A DNA stretch of 63,983 nucleotides, counting the filler, from Trypethelium eluteriae (Eukaryota): assembly GCA_051942245.1 (NCBI GenBank). It is 5 parts of 5 records of this genome, joined end to end, with 100 filler letters (N's around TTAATTAATTAA, not from the genome) between each part and the next. Parts side by side here need not be neighbours in the genome. Positions count along the whole stretch, not along the records: positions 12,891 to 25,658 come from JAVECL010000756.1; 4 more parts are not named here. One strand, given 5' to 3'. The position numbers were made by a program, and so were the translations under genes. How positions within the stretch are numbered: position 1 is the stretch's first letter; every line of letters begins with the position of its first letter. Below, piece by piece: positions 12,791-25,758 of the stretch. The notes beneath the pieces were generated by a model, which was not told the DNA's origin, did no database searches, and saw only the letters and a list, made by a program, of their open reading frames with translations.

Positions 12791-12890
12791 NNNNNNNNNN
12801 NNNNNNNNNNNNNNNNNNNNNNNNNNNNNNNNNNTTAATTAATTAANNNNNNNNNNNNNNNNNNNNNNNNNNNNNNNNNNNNNNNNNNNN
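12791..12890. other. Artificial contig-joining spacer (44 N + TTAATTAATTAA + 44 N)
   Basis: Six-frame stop linker flanked by Ns, identical at four positions in the window. Confidence 0.97.
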
Positions 12891-13621
12891 TCGCGGGGTG
12901 GTATTAGTGGGAAAGAAAGCATGTTTGGATGAGTACGGTGCTGCTTCGTCAGGTGGTGGCTATTCTGATCGATATGAAGGTCATCGAGAGGGAGACACGG
13001 GGAGTGAAGTTGGTCGGAAAATTGAAGGGACGTGATGTTTGCGTTTGTCAACATCAGCGGCAAGACCCCGCCATGTGCGATTTCCGTCTTCGGCAGGTCC
13101 CATTTCAATCTTTATCAGCATTAGTCGAGACCATGGAGGCCGAAACAACATTATATTATCAGTCTACTTCACAAATGATCTCTACTATTCACTACTCTAG
13201 TGATCGTGTCTCAGGACATCCCCACCTTCACGTTCTGAGTAGATACTTAAAGTCGAGGCGAGATTGATCATAATTTCAATACAGATGGTGCATGCTTAAG
13301 CCTTATATAACGACCGCAATTTGCTGAAACAAAAAGGGTATGTCGAGTGCTATCAAAAACAACGAGCGAAGCAAATGGGCATTCAAAGCCAAAGCAAGCG
13401 GAGAAATCCACGCTATTTAACACAGATTCCCGCCAACGTCTCGCAAATCTTGCAAGAGAATGCTAACTGCAGCGTGTTTCGGTCGTCGCTTGAATTTGTC
13501 CGTTGCTGCATATCTACTGCAAGGTCATGATCTTCTTAACCATCGTCGTCAATGATTTCATTCGTTGAGAAGAAAAATGCTGTTGAACACACGTAATGTC
13601 AAGTCAAATGAAACAAACTCA

Positions 13622-16600
13622 TTATGCTGCAGCAGTGATGAGCTCGACGGGTGCGCCATTAGCTTTCTCGAGGAGCTCATACGGAGGACGCTTCACGATG
13701 CCTCCAGTGACTGGAAGCTGGGTGCCCATACCAGTGAGGTATGAGTCCACGTCTCGAGCAGCCTGACGGCCTTCATTGATGCCCCTAAATTCCCGTTAGT
13801 TAGCCGGACCTCATTCAAATGGGCTGATTATTCGTCGACTTACCAGACAATCAAGGATTGTCCACGACGACAATCGCCCGCAGCGAACACACCCGGCACA
13901 TTCGTGCTGTAGTGACCCGGCGGCGTCTTGATATTCTTCCGGGCATCCTTCTCAATTTCATCGCCGAGAACCCGTTGCTCGGGGCCGAGGAAGCCCATGG
14001 ATAACAGCACCAGATCAGCCGGGAAGAATGTCTCACTGCCCTCTACCTGCTTCATGTCCCATCCACCAGACGCGCTCTTCGTCCACTCGACCCGCACGGT
14101 ATTGATGCCCTTGACCTTCCCTTCGCCATCGTCCACGAAATCCTTGGACATGATGCAATACTCACGCGGGTCCTTTCCAAAGTGTGTCTTCACCTCTGAG
14201 TGTCCGTAGTCCACTCTATAGATACGCGGCCACTGGGGCCATGGATTATCGCGCGCACGCTCAGGCGGAGGCTGAGGCAGCAGCTCGAAGTTGGTAACGG
14301 ACTTGGCGCCGTGCCGGACCGAGGTGCCGATGCAGTCATTGCCCGTGTCGCCTCCACCGATAACGACAACGTGCTTATCCTTGGCCGAGAGATATTCGCC
14401 ATCCGCGAGCCCGGAGTCGAGCAGGGACTTGGTGTTGCGGTGGAGGAACTGCATGGCGAAGTGGATGCCGTCGATATCGCGGTTGGGGATGGGTAGGTCG
14501 CGGGCTACGGTGGCACCCGTGGCGATGACCACAGCGTCATTCGTTGCGCGGAGGGAGTCGAGGGTGATGTCGCCCTCGCCGACGTGGCAATTGGTGACGA
14601 ACTGCACGCCCTCGGAGGCCATGAAGTCGACACGGCGTTGGACGACTTTCTTGTCAAGCTTCATGTTGGGAATGCCGTACATGAGGAGTCCTCCGATACG
14701 GTCGGATCGCTCGTAGACGGTGACGCTGTGGCCAGCCTTGTTGAGTTGGTCGGCTGCTGCGAGACCGGAAGGACCGGATCCGATAATGGCGACCTTCTTT
14801 CCACTGCGGAATTTGGGAACTGACGGGACCATCCAGCCCATCTCGAATCCTCGGTCGATAATGGCGCACTCGATGGACTTGATACCGACAGGATCCTCAT
14901 TGATACCAAGGACACATGCTCCTTCACAAGGTGCTGGGCAAACGCGACCAGTGAACTCAGGGAAGTTGTTTGTCATCAGCAAACGATTAAGAGCGTCACG
15001 CCACTGGTTCTGGAAGACCAACTCATTCCACTTAGGAATGATGTTGCTGATCGGGCAGCCCGTGTCTGACTGGCAGAACGGTACGCCACAGTCCATACAA
15101 CGTGCGGTCTGATACTTGAGCTCGTCCTCATCAAGACGGGAAGACAATTCCTGCCAGTCGCGGGTTCTCGTCTTGGCATTGCGGTACTTCTCGGCTCGTC
15201 GTTGGTATTTCATGAATCCGCGTGTCTTGTCAAGCACAAGAGCCGAGCGTTTTTCCTCTGCTTTGGCATCCCCAATGCTTTCTTCAATGTCGAGCAAGTC
15301 ATTCTTCTTCTTCTCTTTCTCTTCATTCTCCTGCGTTTTCTTATTTGACTCTTCGTGCAGTGATCTGATAGGATTGCCGGGAAGAATGGGAAGAGGATAT
15401 TCGGCCTTCTTGGCCTCCGCCGCCTTGGCAGCCTCTTCCTCCATAACTCGCTTATAATCTGTCGGCAAGACTTTGACAAAACGCGGGAGAGCACGATTAA
15501 AGTCCAAGAGGATCCTTGCAGCAAGCTCCGAGCCTGTATAGTGGTGATGGTCCTCAATAAGGCCTCGAACGAAAGAAATCTCCATGGGGTCTTCAATTCC
15601 TGAAAGCTCAACCATTTCCTGGTTGACCTTGCCTTCGAAGTCACGATTCATGTCAAGGACGTAGGCAATACCACCCGACATACCAGCCGCAAAGTTACGA
15701 CCGGTACCACCAAGGACGAGCACCCGACCTCCAGTCATGTACTCGCAACCATGGTCGCCAATGCCCTCAATAACGGCAGTGACACCGGAGTTTCGTACAG
15801 CAAATCGCTCCGCTGCCATGCCTCGGAAGAAGCAAGTTCCACTGGTCGCACCGTAAAGACACACATTGCCGATCAACATGTTCTCTTCGGCCTTGAAGAC
15901 AGCCGTTCGAGGAGGATAGACGATCAGGCGACCTCCCGATAGACCTTTACCAACGTAGTCATTAGCATCACCTTCAAGCTCCAGAGTGACTCCAGGAGCA
16001 AGGTAGGCACCGAAAGACTGTCCAGCCGAGCCTCTGATGTTCGCATGGATTGTATCCTGAGGGAGGCCAGCTTCTCCATGGCGTCTGCTGATTTGATAAG
16101 AAAGCGTAGCACCAAGAGCCCGATCGGTGTTGACAATATCACACTCAATTCTCGTCGGCAAGCCTTTCTCAAGCGCCAGTTCCGATTCGGCAATCAATTT
16201 GTTGTCCAATCGAGTATGCAGCTTATGATCTTGTTTCCGTACGTTGTAAGTTGCGACGCCGGGCCGAAGCGTATGAGCTGGTGTGAGAATGAGCGACAGG
16301 TCAATATTCTTGGTCTTAACATCCAGATCCTCGCGTACTTGGAGGACCTCTGAGTGCCCGACCATCTCATTGACAGTGCGGAAGCCGAGCTTCGCCATGA
16401 TAGCTCGCAGCTCGTTCGAGACGTAATAGAAGAAGTTGATGACGTGTTCGGGAGTACCCTTGAATTTTGCTCGGAGTTTTGGGTCCTGGGTGGCAATGCC
16501 TACTGGGCAGGTATTCTTGTCGCAGTTAGCATGGTTTCGTAGATTCCAAGGGGAACAGAATCCTTACCAAATGACACTTCCTCATCATAATGCATCCCAT

Positions 16601-19600
16601 GGCGATCAGAGGCGTGGTGGCGAAACCCCATTCCTCAGCGCCAAGCAGACAGGCAATAGCCACATCTCTGCCGGTCCTAAGTTGACCATCCGTCTGCACA
16701 ATAACACGACCTCTGAGATCATTGAGGACAAGGGTCTGATGGCTTTCAGCAAGACCCAGCTCCCACGGCAAACCAGCATATTTGATGCCTGTCCACCTGG
16801 AAGCTCCAGTACCACCATCATGACCAGAGATAAGTATGTGGTCAGCCTTAGCCTTCGCGACACCCGAAGCGACAATACCAACTCCAGTCTCTGAGACAAG
16901 CTTGACAGACACTCGCGAGCGAGGGTTGGAACATTTCAGATCGTAGATGAGCTGCTTCAAGTCTTCGATCGAGTAGATATCGTGGTGTGGAGGTGGCGAG
17001 ATAAGACCCACACCCGGTGTCGAATGCCGGGTTCGTGCAATGGGACCCGAAACCTTGTGGCCAGGCAGCTCACCACCTTCACCAGGCTTGGCACCTTGTG
17101 CCATTTTGATCTGGAGCTCGTCGGCATCCGCAAGGTAGTTGCTTGTCACGCCGAATCTTCCAGAGGCAACCTGTTTGATAGCGGAGCGCATGGTGTCTCC
17201 ATTATCCATTCTCAAGCTTCTTTCGGGGTCTTCACCGCCCTCGCCAGTGTTGGACTTGCCTCCAAGCCTATTCATTGCTACGGCTAGAGTCGAGTGTGAT
17301 TCCATTGATATAGAGCCGTACGACATGGCGCCGGTCACAAATCGCCGGACAATCTCTGTCCAAGGTTCGACCTGGTCGATCGGTACAGGGTTGCGCACTC
17401 CGAAATCAAAGTCAAGCATGCCTCGTAGAGTGCAGTTTTTGATTTGTTCATACTCGGATCTTGAGTAGGCTTCGTAGGACTTGTCGTTCTTCGTTCGAAC
17501 TGCATCTTGGATATTTGCGATGCTTGTGGGGTCGTTGACGTGAGCTTCGCCGCCGTCCCGCCAGTGATATTCACCTGTCTCGGCGAGGCCGGGGATCTCC
17601 AGGATGTTGCGGGATGGATACCCTTTCTCGTGTAGAGCGAAAGCATCTTGAGCAATAAGCTCAAAAGTCATACCCCTTATCCGAGTTGCAGTTCCATGGA
17701 AACAGCGATCAACGACATAGTCATCGATGCCGAGGGCTTCGAAGATCTGGGCACCTTTGTAGCTCTGAAGCGTGGAGATGCCCATCTTACTCATTACTTT
17801 GAGGATGCCACCGTCGCATGAGTGCTTATAGTTCTCAATGAGTTGCTGCGGGCTGAGCTTCTTGCGAATCAGACCTTCACGCTCCATCTTGAGAATGCAC
17901 TCCATGGCCAAATATGGGCAGATTGCGTCTGCGCCGTATCCTACGAGAACACACATGTGATGTACCTCTCGAGCTTCTCCCGTCTCTACAATCAGAGCAG
18001 CTTGTGACCGCAACCGGGTTCGCACCAGGTGGTGATGGACTAAACCAGTGGCGAGTAGAGTGGAGACAGAGATGCGATCTGCCGATGTCGCCCGATCCGA
18101 CAGGATAAGTATGTTGTAGCCGGTGGTAACTGCAGTGCTGGCAGCTTCACTTATTCTGTCTAGAGCATCCATGTAACCCTGAACGCCCTCCCTCTTCGGG
18201 AATGTAATGTCAATGACCTGAACAGTCCAGTCAGAATACACGCTTGTGACATTCGTGAGAGCATTGAATTCCTCGATGGAAAGGACCGGGGATGGAAGGA
18301 GTAGTCGGCGGCATTGGTTCTCGTTCATCTCCAAGAGATTGCCTTGGGGTCCCACATAGGCTTCCAACGACATGACAATGGCCTCCCGGATGGGATCGAT
18401 GGGGGGATTTGTAACCTGAGCGAACAGCTGTCGGAAATACTCATATAAGAGACGAGGTTGAGAGGCCATGCAAGCCAGCGGCGCATCGTTACCCATGGAT
18501 CCAAGGGCCTCTTTCGAGTCAGCGGCCATTGGTCCTAGAAGCAAAGTGACCTGCTCCAACGAATATCCGAAGGCTTTCAGTCGAGGGTCCTCCTGAACTC
18601 TGGTAGGAGTCAATGTGTGCGAGACATCGGTGCCCTGGTTTACAAGACGCTGGTAGATGCCAGGCATGGTAATGAGCTGCTTTTGGATCCAGCTCTGGAA
18701 GTCTTGACGGTTTGCGACCATGTTCTTAAGTTCGCCATCGTCAACAATTCTACCAGCAACAGTATCCACAAGAAGCATTCGTCCAGGTTGCAGTCTGCCT
18801 TTTTGCACGATTCGCTCTGGCTCGATCGAGATGGTACCAACTTCTGATGCGCAGATGATACGGTCGTCGTCAGTGACATAGTATCGGCATGGCCGTAACC
18901 CGTTTCGGTCCAGATTGGCGCCGCAATATCGGCCGTCTGAAAATGTGAACAACGCAGGTCCGTCCCAGGGCTCCATCATACATGCAGCCCATTCGTAGTA
19001 CGCCTGCTTTGAGGCATCAATAGCTCTGTTTCCCTGCCACGCTTCGGGGACCATAAGCATGACAGCTTCAGGAAGGGACAAGACACCATTGATGACAAGC
19101 AGTTCAAGAACGTTGTCAAATGCAGCAGAATCAGAGCCTCCATCCTCAATAATTGGATACAAAAGGTCGAGTTCGTCTCCGAATAGCTCAGACTTGAGCA
19201 CACCTTCTCTTGCTTTCATCCAATTCTTGTTGCCGCGCAGGGTATTGATCTCACCATTGTGAGCGGCCCATCTTAAGGGCTGCGCCCGATCCCAGCTGGG
19301 AAAGGTGTTTGTGGAAAATCTGGAGTGGACCAGGGCGAAATGGCCTTCGTAGTCTACGGAGACTAGGTCGTGGTAGTACTCATAGACTTGGACAGGGGCA
19401 AGTTGACCCTTGTACACAATATTCTTGTTACTGAGAGAGCACAAATAGAACCAATTCGACAGTCCAATGACGTGTGTAGCCCGCTTTCGCAGTACGTATA
19501 GCTGTCTCTCAAAATATGGCTCATCAAATTGGTCGGCATCAGTAGTAATCGGCTCCCTCCCATTCCCATAGGCAGACTTGAGGACAACGAACGGCTGCAG

Positions 19601-20461
19601 AATGATAGGTTCGCGAGAAAGTGCGGCTGGTCCGAGTAGACTAGAGTCGCGTGGAACCTCCCGCCACCCTAGCACTCTCAGATCGAGAGAATCTGCGACA
19701 TCCTCAAAAGCGGCAATAGTATCTTTCAAGATTTCGGTGTCCGGCTTGAAGAAGAGGTTTCCAGCGGCGTACTGGCCCTGTGGGGGCAACTTAAAACCTT
19801 GCTCGCGTTCGAAGTTCTTAACAAAGAACTTGTGTGGTATGGAAGTCATCACCCCGGCGCCATCGCCATCGCGAGCATCTGATCCCACCGCCCCGCGATG
19901 GGTCATATTGCAGAGAAGATTGCGCGCTATTTTCGGGATTAGCCTTGTTTGAAGCTGAAGCCAATAAGAACATACCATCGCTGATGATCTTATGGCTCGC
20001 TCGCCCCTTGATATGGCTATAATTATGTCAGCATAGTATTCCTCTCACAGTGTTTAGGGGTGGCAGCAGAGGTGATGGTCAAAGGATGAGGTACAGTTTT
20101 GGTGGCGGCGCTACTTTACCGCACGCTCACAATACATCTTTCGACTTTAGGAGACTGTGCTCTTGCAGATCGCAGAAACCCAGAGTGTCTTAAGTCTACC
20201 TCGCTATCTCTCGTAACCAATGCTGGCAGACCCCCGGATTATATGCTGTGGTACTGGGGCACGGCCTTGCACTTACGCAGCGAAACCGACACCGCATGCG
20301 TCTTTCTCAAGGTCAGGGTCATAGAGACCTTGCTTGAGTGGCAACGTGCCAGCCCATGATTTATTTTCAGGCGTCTCCTGGTAAGGAAAGACACTGAGGG
20401 TGGTCTCTTCCTCAATGGTATCACATTCTGGTGTTTCGTCGATGAATGAGACCCGACCCAT
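13622..20461 (-). CDS. GLT1: NADH-dependent glutamate synthase (GOGAT), fused large and small subunits
   Basis: DACGVGF N-terminal nucleophile Cys, [39 protein letters not shown] 3Fe-4S motif, [17 protein letters not shown]. Introns at about 20276-20017, 19975-19927, 16567-16516 and 13843-13785. Confidence 0.97.
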
Positions 20462-22606
20462 TCTATCGGCGGTCGGCCGAAACGAGGAAGATAGATGTAG
20501 AGGCAGGCAGGTGGGGAGACTAGAAGGTATCGACTGGAGTTGAGCACAGACGGACCAAGAACAAGCCTGTTGACACTTGGACGAATCAGTACATGCGAAA
20601 ACGTATAGTGCCAATAAGGTGCGGCTCAGGAAGAACAAAGAGGCTGAAATGTCCGGGTGGCAATCATAGGCATGGGTCCATGTTCATTCAGATAAGTCAT
20701 GGTAGACAAGGCCGGAAGTAAAGACAAGCTTCCATCGTTTCCGCGATTGGCCAATATCGAAGTTCAAAGCTCCACGGTGGTCTCAGGCAACCCTTTAGCC
20801 ACGTATGTGCGATATATTCTTACGATTGAAAGCGGCTCGCGATGCGAAGGCTATCCAAAAGCAAGCGAACGGAGAAAGTATCCTCCAAGGAGGCAAGGGA
20901 GGAGTTTCTCGCAGTGTGGTCGCTTGTGGCAAATAGACAGATAGCAAAGGCTGGGTGGGCATGGCGTGGAGGCATGGCAGAAGAAGGGAGAATTGTAGGG
21001 ACATACCGGTACCTAATGCGGCGGATTCCGCGGCTTCAATGATGATGCTAGTTCAGGCTGCAGAAGGGAGGAAAGAAGAGGGGAAAATGGTATTGAGGGT
21101 GGGTGGGCGAGGTTGTTTTTATGAAGGTGTCTGAAGTGGGGAGTGCCTAGCGTGGTCTACAACTCACTAGACTTTCTGTCTCAATTTCGCCCAGGTCGGA
21201 AGACTCGTAGGGCAGTTGTTCAGTCGCAGCTTGTCGTCGGGACGATCGTCAAGGCACCCCAGTGCTGGATTCAACTCTACATCATACGTGGACAGCGCTG
21301 AGCGACGTTCCGTATTCGCCTGTACCTCCGCTCACCCTTTACAAAAGCAACATTGCCAAGCGCTCCATCCCCCAGCAGAGCTCGCCAATGCAACCTTAAA
21401 TGCAAAGTCTAAATCGCCAGTCACTCGGAGCCGCCGGGCGAGCTCGAGATCTCTATCTACTTCTGGACCCTGGCCATGGTGTTGCAGCGTGCAGACGCTC
21501 GAATTGGTCGCATTCGGGCTTTAAAAAAAAGTCGCTCCAGTGACGCTTGACGTGCAGGAGCCATGGGGGCGGAGAACGAGATTGGAGTGGGAGAGTTGCT
21601 AGAAACCCTGTCTAGAGCTCCCCACGCCTGCAAGAAGCTTAGATCTGCCGGCTTTAGTTCCACAACCGAGTTTCGACCCAAAGCGTGGGAAGGACGGACA
21701 GAGTAATACGATGCTGCTGATTGGCCGGCTGAGTAGAGGTTGGGTAAGTCGCAAGCTGGTCAAGATGCACAACGATGCAGATGCTGGTCGCTCCAGTCAG
21801 AGGCACGATAGCCGCTGCACGCTTAGTAGCCGTGCCTCTCCTCCCGCCGTCATCGGATGCCCGGTTTGCACCTGACTGGCTGATTCGGCGCGCCTCTCCA
21901 TCCTCTTGGAATCTTTTACCGTAATCAGAGCTCGTCATGGCAAACCGGCCTTTATCTTGCATCAATCGTCAATCATCAATCACCGTGAACGTCTGCTTTG
22001 ACGACGACGACGACTCTCCACAGAGGCATTCGCCGCTGACCTGCTGCTTTCCTGTTAGATCCTTCTAGACACCCTCCGTCGTTATTAACCGGTCAAGCGT
22101 TAATGCAGGAAAATTTTCTCCCTTCTGGTGAACCGCTCCACTCCGGCTTCGGCCGACCTCCCACGCCGTGTCTTGCTCGGAACCAGCAGAACCGCGGAGA
22201 ACCTCATCTACCTGAAGGGTCAATCACTTGAATTCTATGACACATGATTCCACCGATTAGGGGATAGCTTCGCTTATGATCTGGTGAGACGAGGAATTGT
22301 CGGAATTATGCGAGGGAGGCAATTTCTTGTTCAGCAGGGTTTGTGTTCACCGTTTATGAAGAAGCAAATATGATGCATACGTATATCGCGTCTCTACGAA
22401 GTATATGTTACTGAACTGGGGTACTTTCCCCTGAACTCATCTCAGCATTAGACTAGTTTTGTCACTTGGCAAAATCTGAGTTCCTTGGCACCAAGAAGAA
22501 CCAGCATTAGGGTTTCGTAAAAATAACAGAGAAGGAGACAGATTTGTACATTACATACAGAGTCAGGGTATCTTTTCGTCGATAAATACACGGATCCTCC
22601 GGAATC

Positions 22607-25350
22607 CTAATACTCTTCCTGTAAGATCTTTTTGAGAACACTGCTTTCTTTCTCCAAGCTCTCCACTTTCGTCTGACTCGCTGCTACCTTCGCCAAGAGC
22701 CACTTGATCCTCGGCGCCAATGCAGCAGGCTGCTTGGGTAGCGCTGCCAGTAATTTCAGTTCGTTTTCGTACTTATCGATGCTCGCATTTTCACTCTTGA
22801 TCGCTTCGGTCAGCATGGACAGATCGAGTCTACTGCTCAGGACCTGATCCTGACTGAGTCGTTTAAAAGCAGGCAGATAGACAGGTTTGCCAGGCTTGAT
22901 CGAATGTGGACGTCCATTGGACGAAAGAATGGTAATAAGCTCAGCTTGCTCGAGCGCTTGTAGCACTTTCTCGCCACCGGAACTATAAGCACCGTTTAAG
23001 AGGACCTCATTGTATCGTAGCACCTCTTGCTCGGCCAGTTGCTTGATGAGAAGCCAAACCTGTTCTGCGCTCCATTTTCGCGACGAGGAGTTTTGACCAG
23101 CTCCAACCCCAAAATCTTCCATCCCGATTAGGAACATTTTTAGGATCTCGGATGCAGATTGATCAATAATTTCATGAACGGCCTTCTTGGGGCTCTCTCC
23201 GGTTTTGATGCGCCGTGCAAGGAATTCGAGATCAGTGAGCCGGCCTCCGAGGTACGAAATGCACTCATCAAGTTCTACGAGATCTTTGCGTCGCTGCGAA
23301 GGCGTCAGCTTCTTGCCGCCTTCTCCGTCGGAATCCTCCACGTCTACCCCCGAGTCAAGGTGCGTGATTACGAAGCGCTTCGCGACTTCGGGGCTGCAGT
23401 CGCTGAGTGATATCTGACGAAAGACACGATCTGGTAGGGCCTTGCTAAGGGACTTGGAGAAAGAGACGTCGTTTGTGAGAAAGATGACATGTGCGATATT
23501 TGATGTCGTTAAAAGAGCGGCCCTAATGTGAGTCAGTTTGGGTCAGGAATAGCTAAATGATCTTCGACTACAGTCATCGTGGAGCTTACCAGTCAGCAAT
23601 CTTATCGTAGACCACACTATTCTCCGCACTCTTGTGTAAGAAATTGTCGACAACAACTACTGGTCTATGCTCGGGATGCGCTTCCAAGTATTCGTCATCG
23701 CTCAAATGGGCGTCTTTATCGTTCTTTCTCCGGCCTTCTAATGCTATGCTCTTCAGAGCAGTGGCAGTATTGTTCCAGATCTTCGCAAGTTGACTGTCCA
23801 ATGTTTCCGAGAATCCAGTTTTGACGCCTGTCGTACCTTGAGCTGCAAGGTCAATAAGACCGCTTATGCTATTCATCCAAGAGAAGATCGGCCGATAGCC
23901 AACTTCTTGGGCAGCTGCATTGATCGTAGCAGCATCGCCACGAGCCTCCTGAATCGGTTTACAATCGATTGTTATCTTGTGCTTTCGATGCTTAAGCGCC
24001 TGATCCACAACAAGCTCTCGTTTTCCAGATCCACGAGGCCCCTGAACGACAATGAAAGTGTCTGCCGTTTCCATCAGCCATGCCCCGATTTGGTCGATGT
24101 TATCTTTTCTGTCATCCCAGATAGCTTCCATTCCAGGATCATCTTCCACGTTGCGGCGGAAGAGGTCGTTCGCTTGAGTCTTAAACCAACGCCAGAATCG
24201 ATTGTCCTCAACATGGAATGTCCTTGTTATGTGCGCCTTGATGAAAAATGTGCGAATTGGATCAAAGATCGCCACGGTAATACCAGCCACAATAGCAGCA
24301 ACTGCAGGTATCACAATTCTAGGATGACTAAATAACCAGTCCTTTATCCAATGATCTTTTGGCTTTCGTTCGTAAGTCAATTTTAGGAGAGTTCCACCCG
24401 GACCACCTCCCATGGTCTCTGGGACAGTGTATCCATGCATACAGTTTTTAGCCATGACTGCCCGCCTTGACGCTGCAAAGTCTAGGAAGGAGAATTTGGG
24501 CAAGACTTTGGAGTCCGATGGCTGAGGTACAACGTCTGCTAGACGACCATACGGCCTGAAGAGACTATACAGCTGTTCCTGAGAGAGCTCAGCAGCTTCG
24601 GAACCGGGCTGGGCAGCTAAAAATTCGACCTTTAGTCTAAATCCAGGTATACGAAACAACAAATCCTCGACCCACGGTCGACCCCTCACAAGATTTGCCC
24701 GGACATGCTGGAACGGCCACCAAAATGGCCTGATTGGGTTCTCTTTAAGATAAGCTTTGACCCTGCCTTCAATGTCCGAGAGCGGCACACCCTCTTGCTT
24801 CGAGAATTTAACGAACGCTCCACCTTCTTTGAGTCTTGGAAGGACTTCCTCGACTTTAAACGGGGCTGATTCTTTGTGGGCATTTTCCAAGATCTTACCC
24901 GGATTTGCGGTGAGCTCCCTTGATTGCAATCGTTCGATTAACCCAGGCACGGCGTTTTCGCTTTGCCAAGGTAGGCGGAGGAGCCATTGTAACCTTTGAG
25001 GGTAGATGCCTCGAGACCATGTAAGCAAGAAAAATACGCGCATCGGAAACACATTAAAGCTTACTATCAAAATAGAAGATGCCCTGATTTGGACCAGCTT
25101 CAATGTGTCCTGACTTGTGCTCTCCTGCTTCAAGAGAAGCATGACGGGAAGACTGTTGTGCAAACCCAGAAGTACGTAGAAACGAGTTTCTGTAGCACCC
25201 GAATCAGTATCACGGCGTCCTTTGTGACCTGAGAGCAATCGAGAGTAGTACTTACGATTCTGCAAGGCCCCTATGGCATACTAATCTCTGATAGCAGGCG
25301 GTCGATAGTCCATGTCCACGATTTATCCCGAACCTAGCAAAGCTATTCAT
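22607..25350 (-). CDS. YME2: Mitochondrial escape protein 2 (RRM + RNA12 P-loop domain)
   Basis: Spliced N-terminus gives GEHKSGHIEAGPNQGIFYFD. Also PRLKEGGAFVKF, RGRPWVEDL, WLFSHPRIVIP plus a TM segment, VQGPRGSGKREL and LGGRLTDLEFLARRIKTGE. Confidence 0.92.
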
Positions 25351-25658
25351 CGCGACTAACAGTATCTATTCATTGTTCAAATCCTTCTTCAAAGATTTCA
25401 AAATATGGTCAAGTGTTTTTTTAACAGAGAACATCACTGGAAGCGAAGAAGATATAAGTTATCATGATTGAGGATACCCTGGCCCTGGTCCTGGGATGCT
25501 AAGGTACCAAGAAACGGGATGACGATTGTGGTCCGTGCCTTCAGACGCGATTCTCAAGCAGCACTCGAATTTATTCATCGCCAAATCTCCCACCTTCCAA
25601 CCCTACCAACTCCACTCGCATTCAACTTCGACTCCACTCACAATGGGCTGGTGGTACC

Positions 25659-25758
25659 NNNNNNNNNNNNNNNNNNNNNNNNNNNNNNNNNNNNNNNNNN
25701 NNTTAATTAATTAANNNNNNNNNNNNNNNNNNNNNNNNNNNNNNNNNNNNNNNNNNNN
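25659..25758. other. Artificial contig-joining spacer
   Basis: 44 N + TTAATTAATTAA + 44 N. Confidence 0.97.

Noticed and set aside
12835..12846. TTAATTAATTAA recurring about every 12.8 kb as a periodic repeat or transposon target site
   Set aside because: Always embedded in exactly 44+44 Ns. It is an artificial six-frame stop linker.
12891..13267. ORF 12929-13267 and a short open frame ending in TGA at about 12932
   Set aside because: Possibly the last codons and 3' UTR of a gene lost in the gap, but too short to support a call.
13928..19952. Many plus-strand ORFs overlapping GLT1 (likewise antisense ORFs over YME2, the Num1-like gene, GPN3 and SAM synthetase)
   Set aside because: Antisense shadows of codon-biased genes with no recognisable motifs.
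25643..25658. CACAATGG start (MGWW..) after a pyrimidine-rich leader, divergent from YME2
   Set aside because: Probably a real gene start, but only five codons remain before the gap and it cannot be identified.
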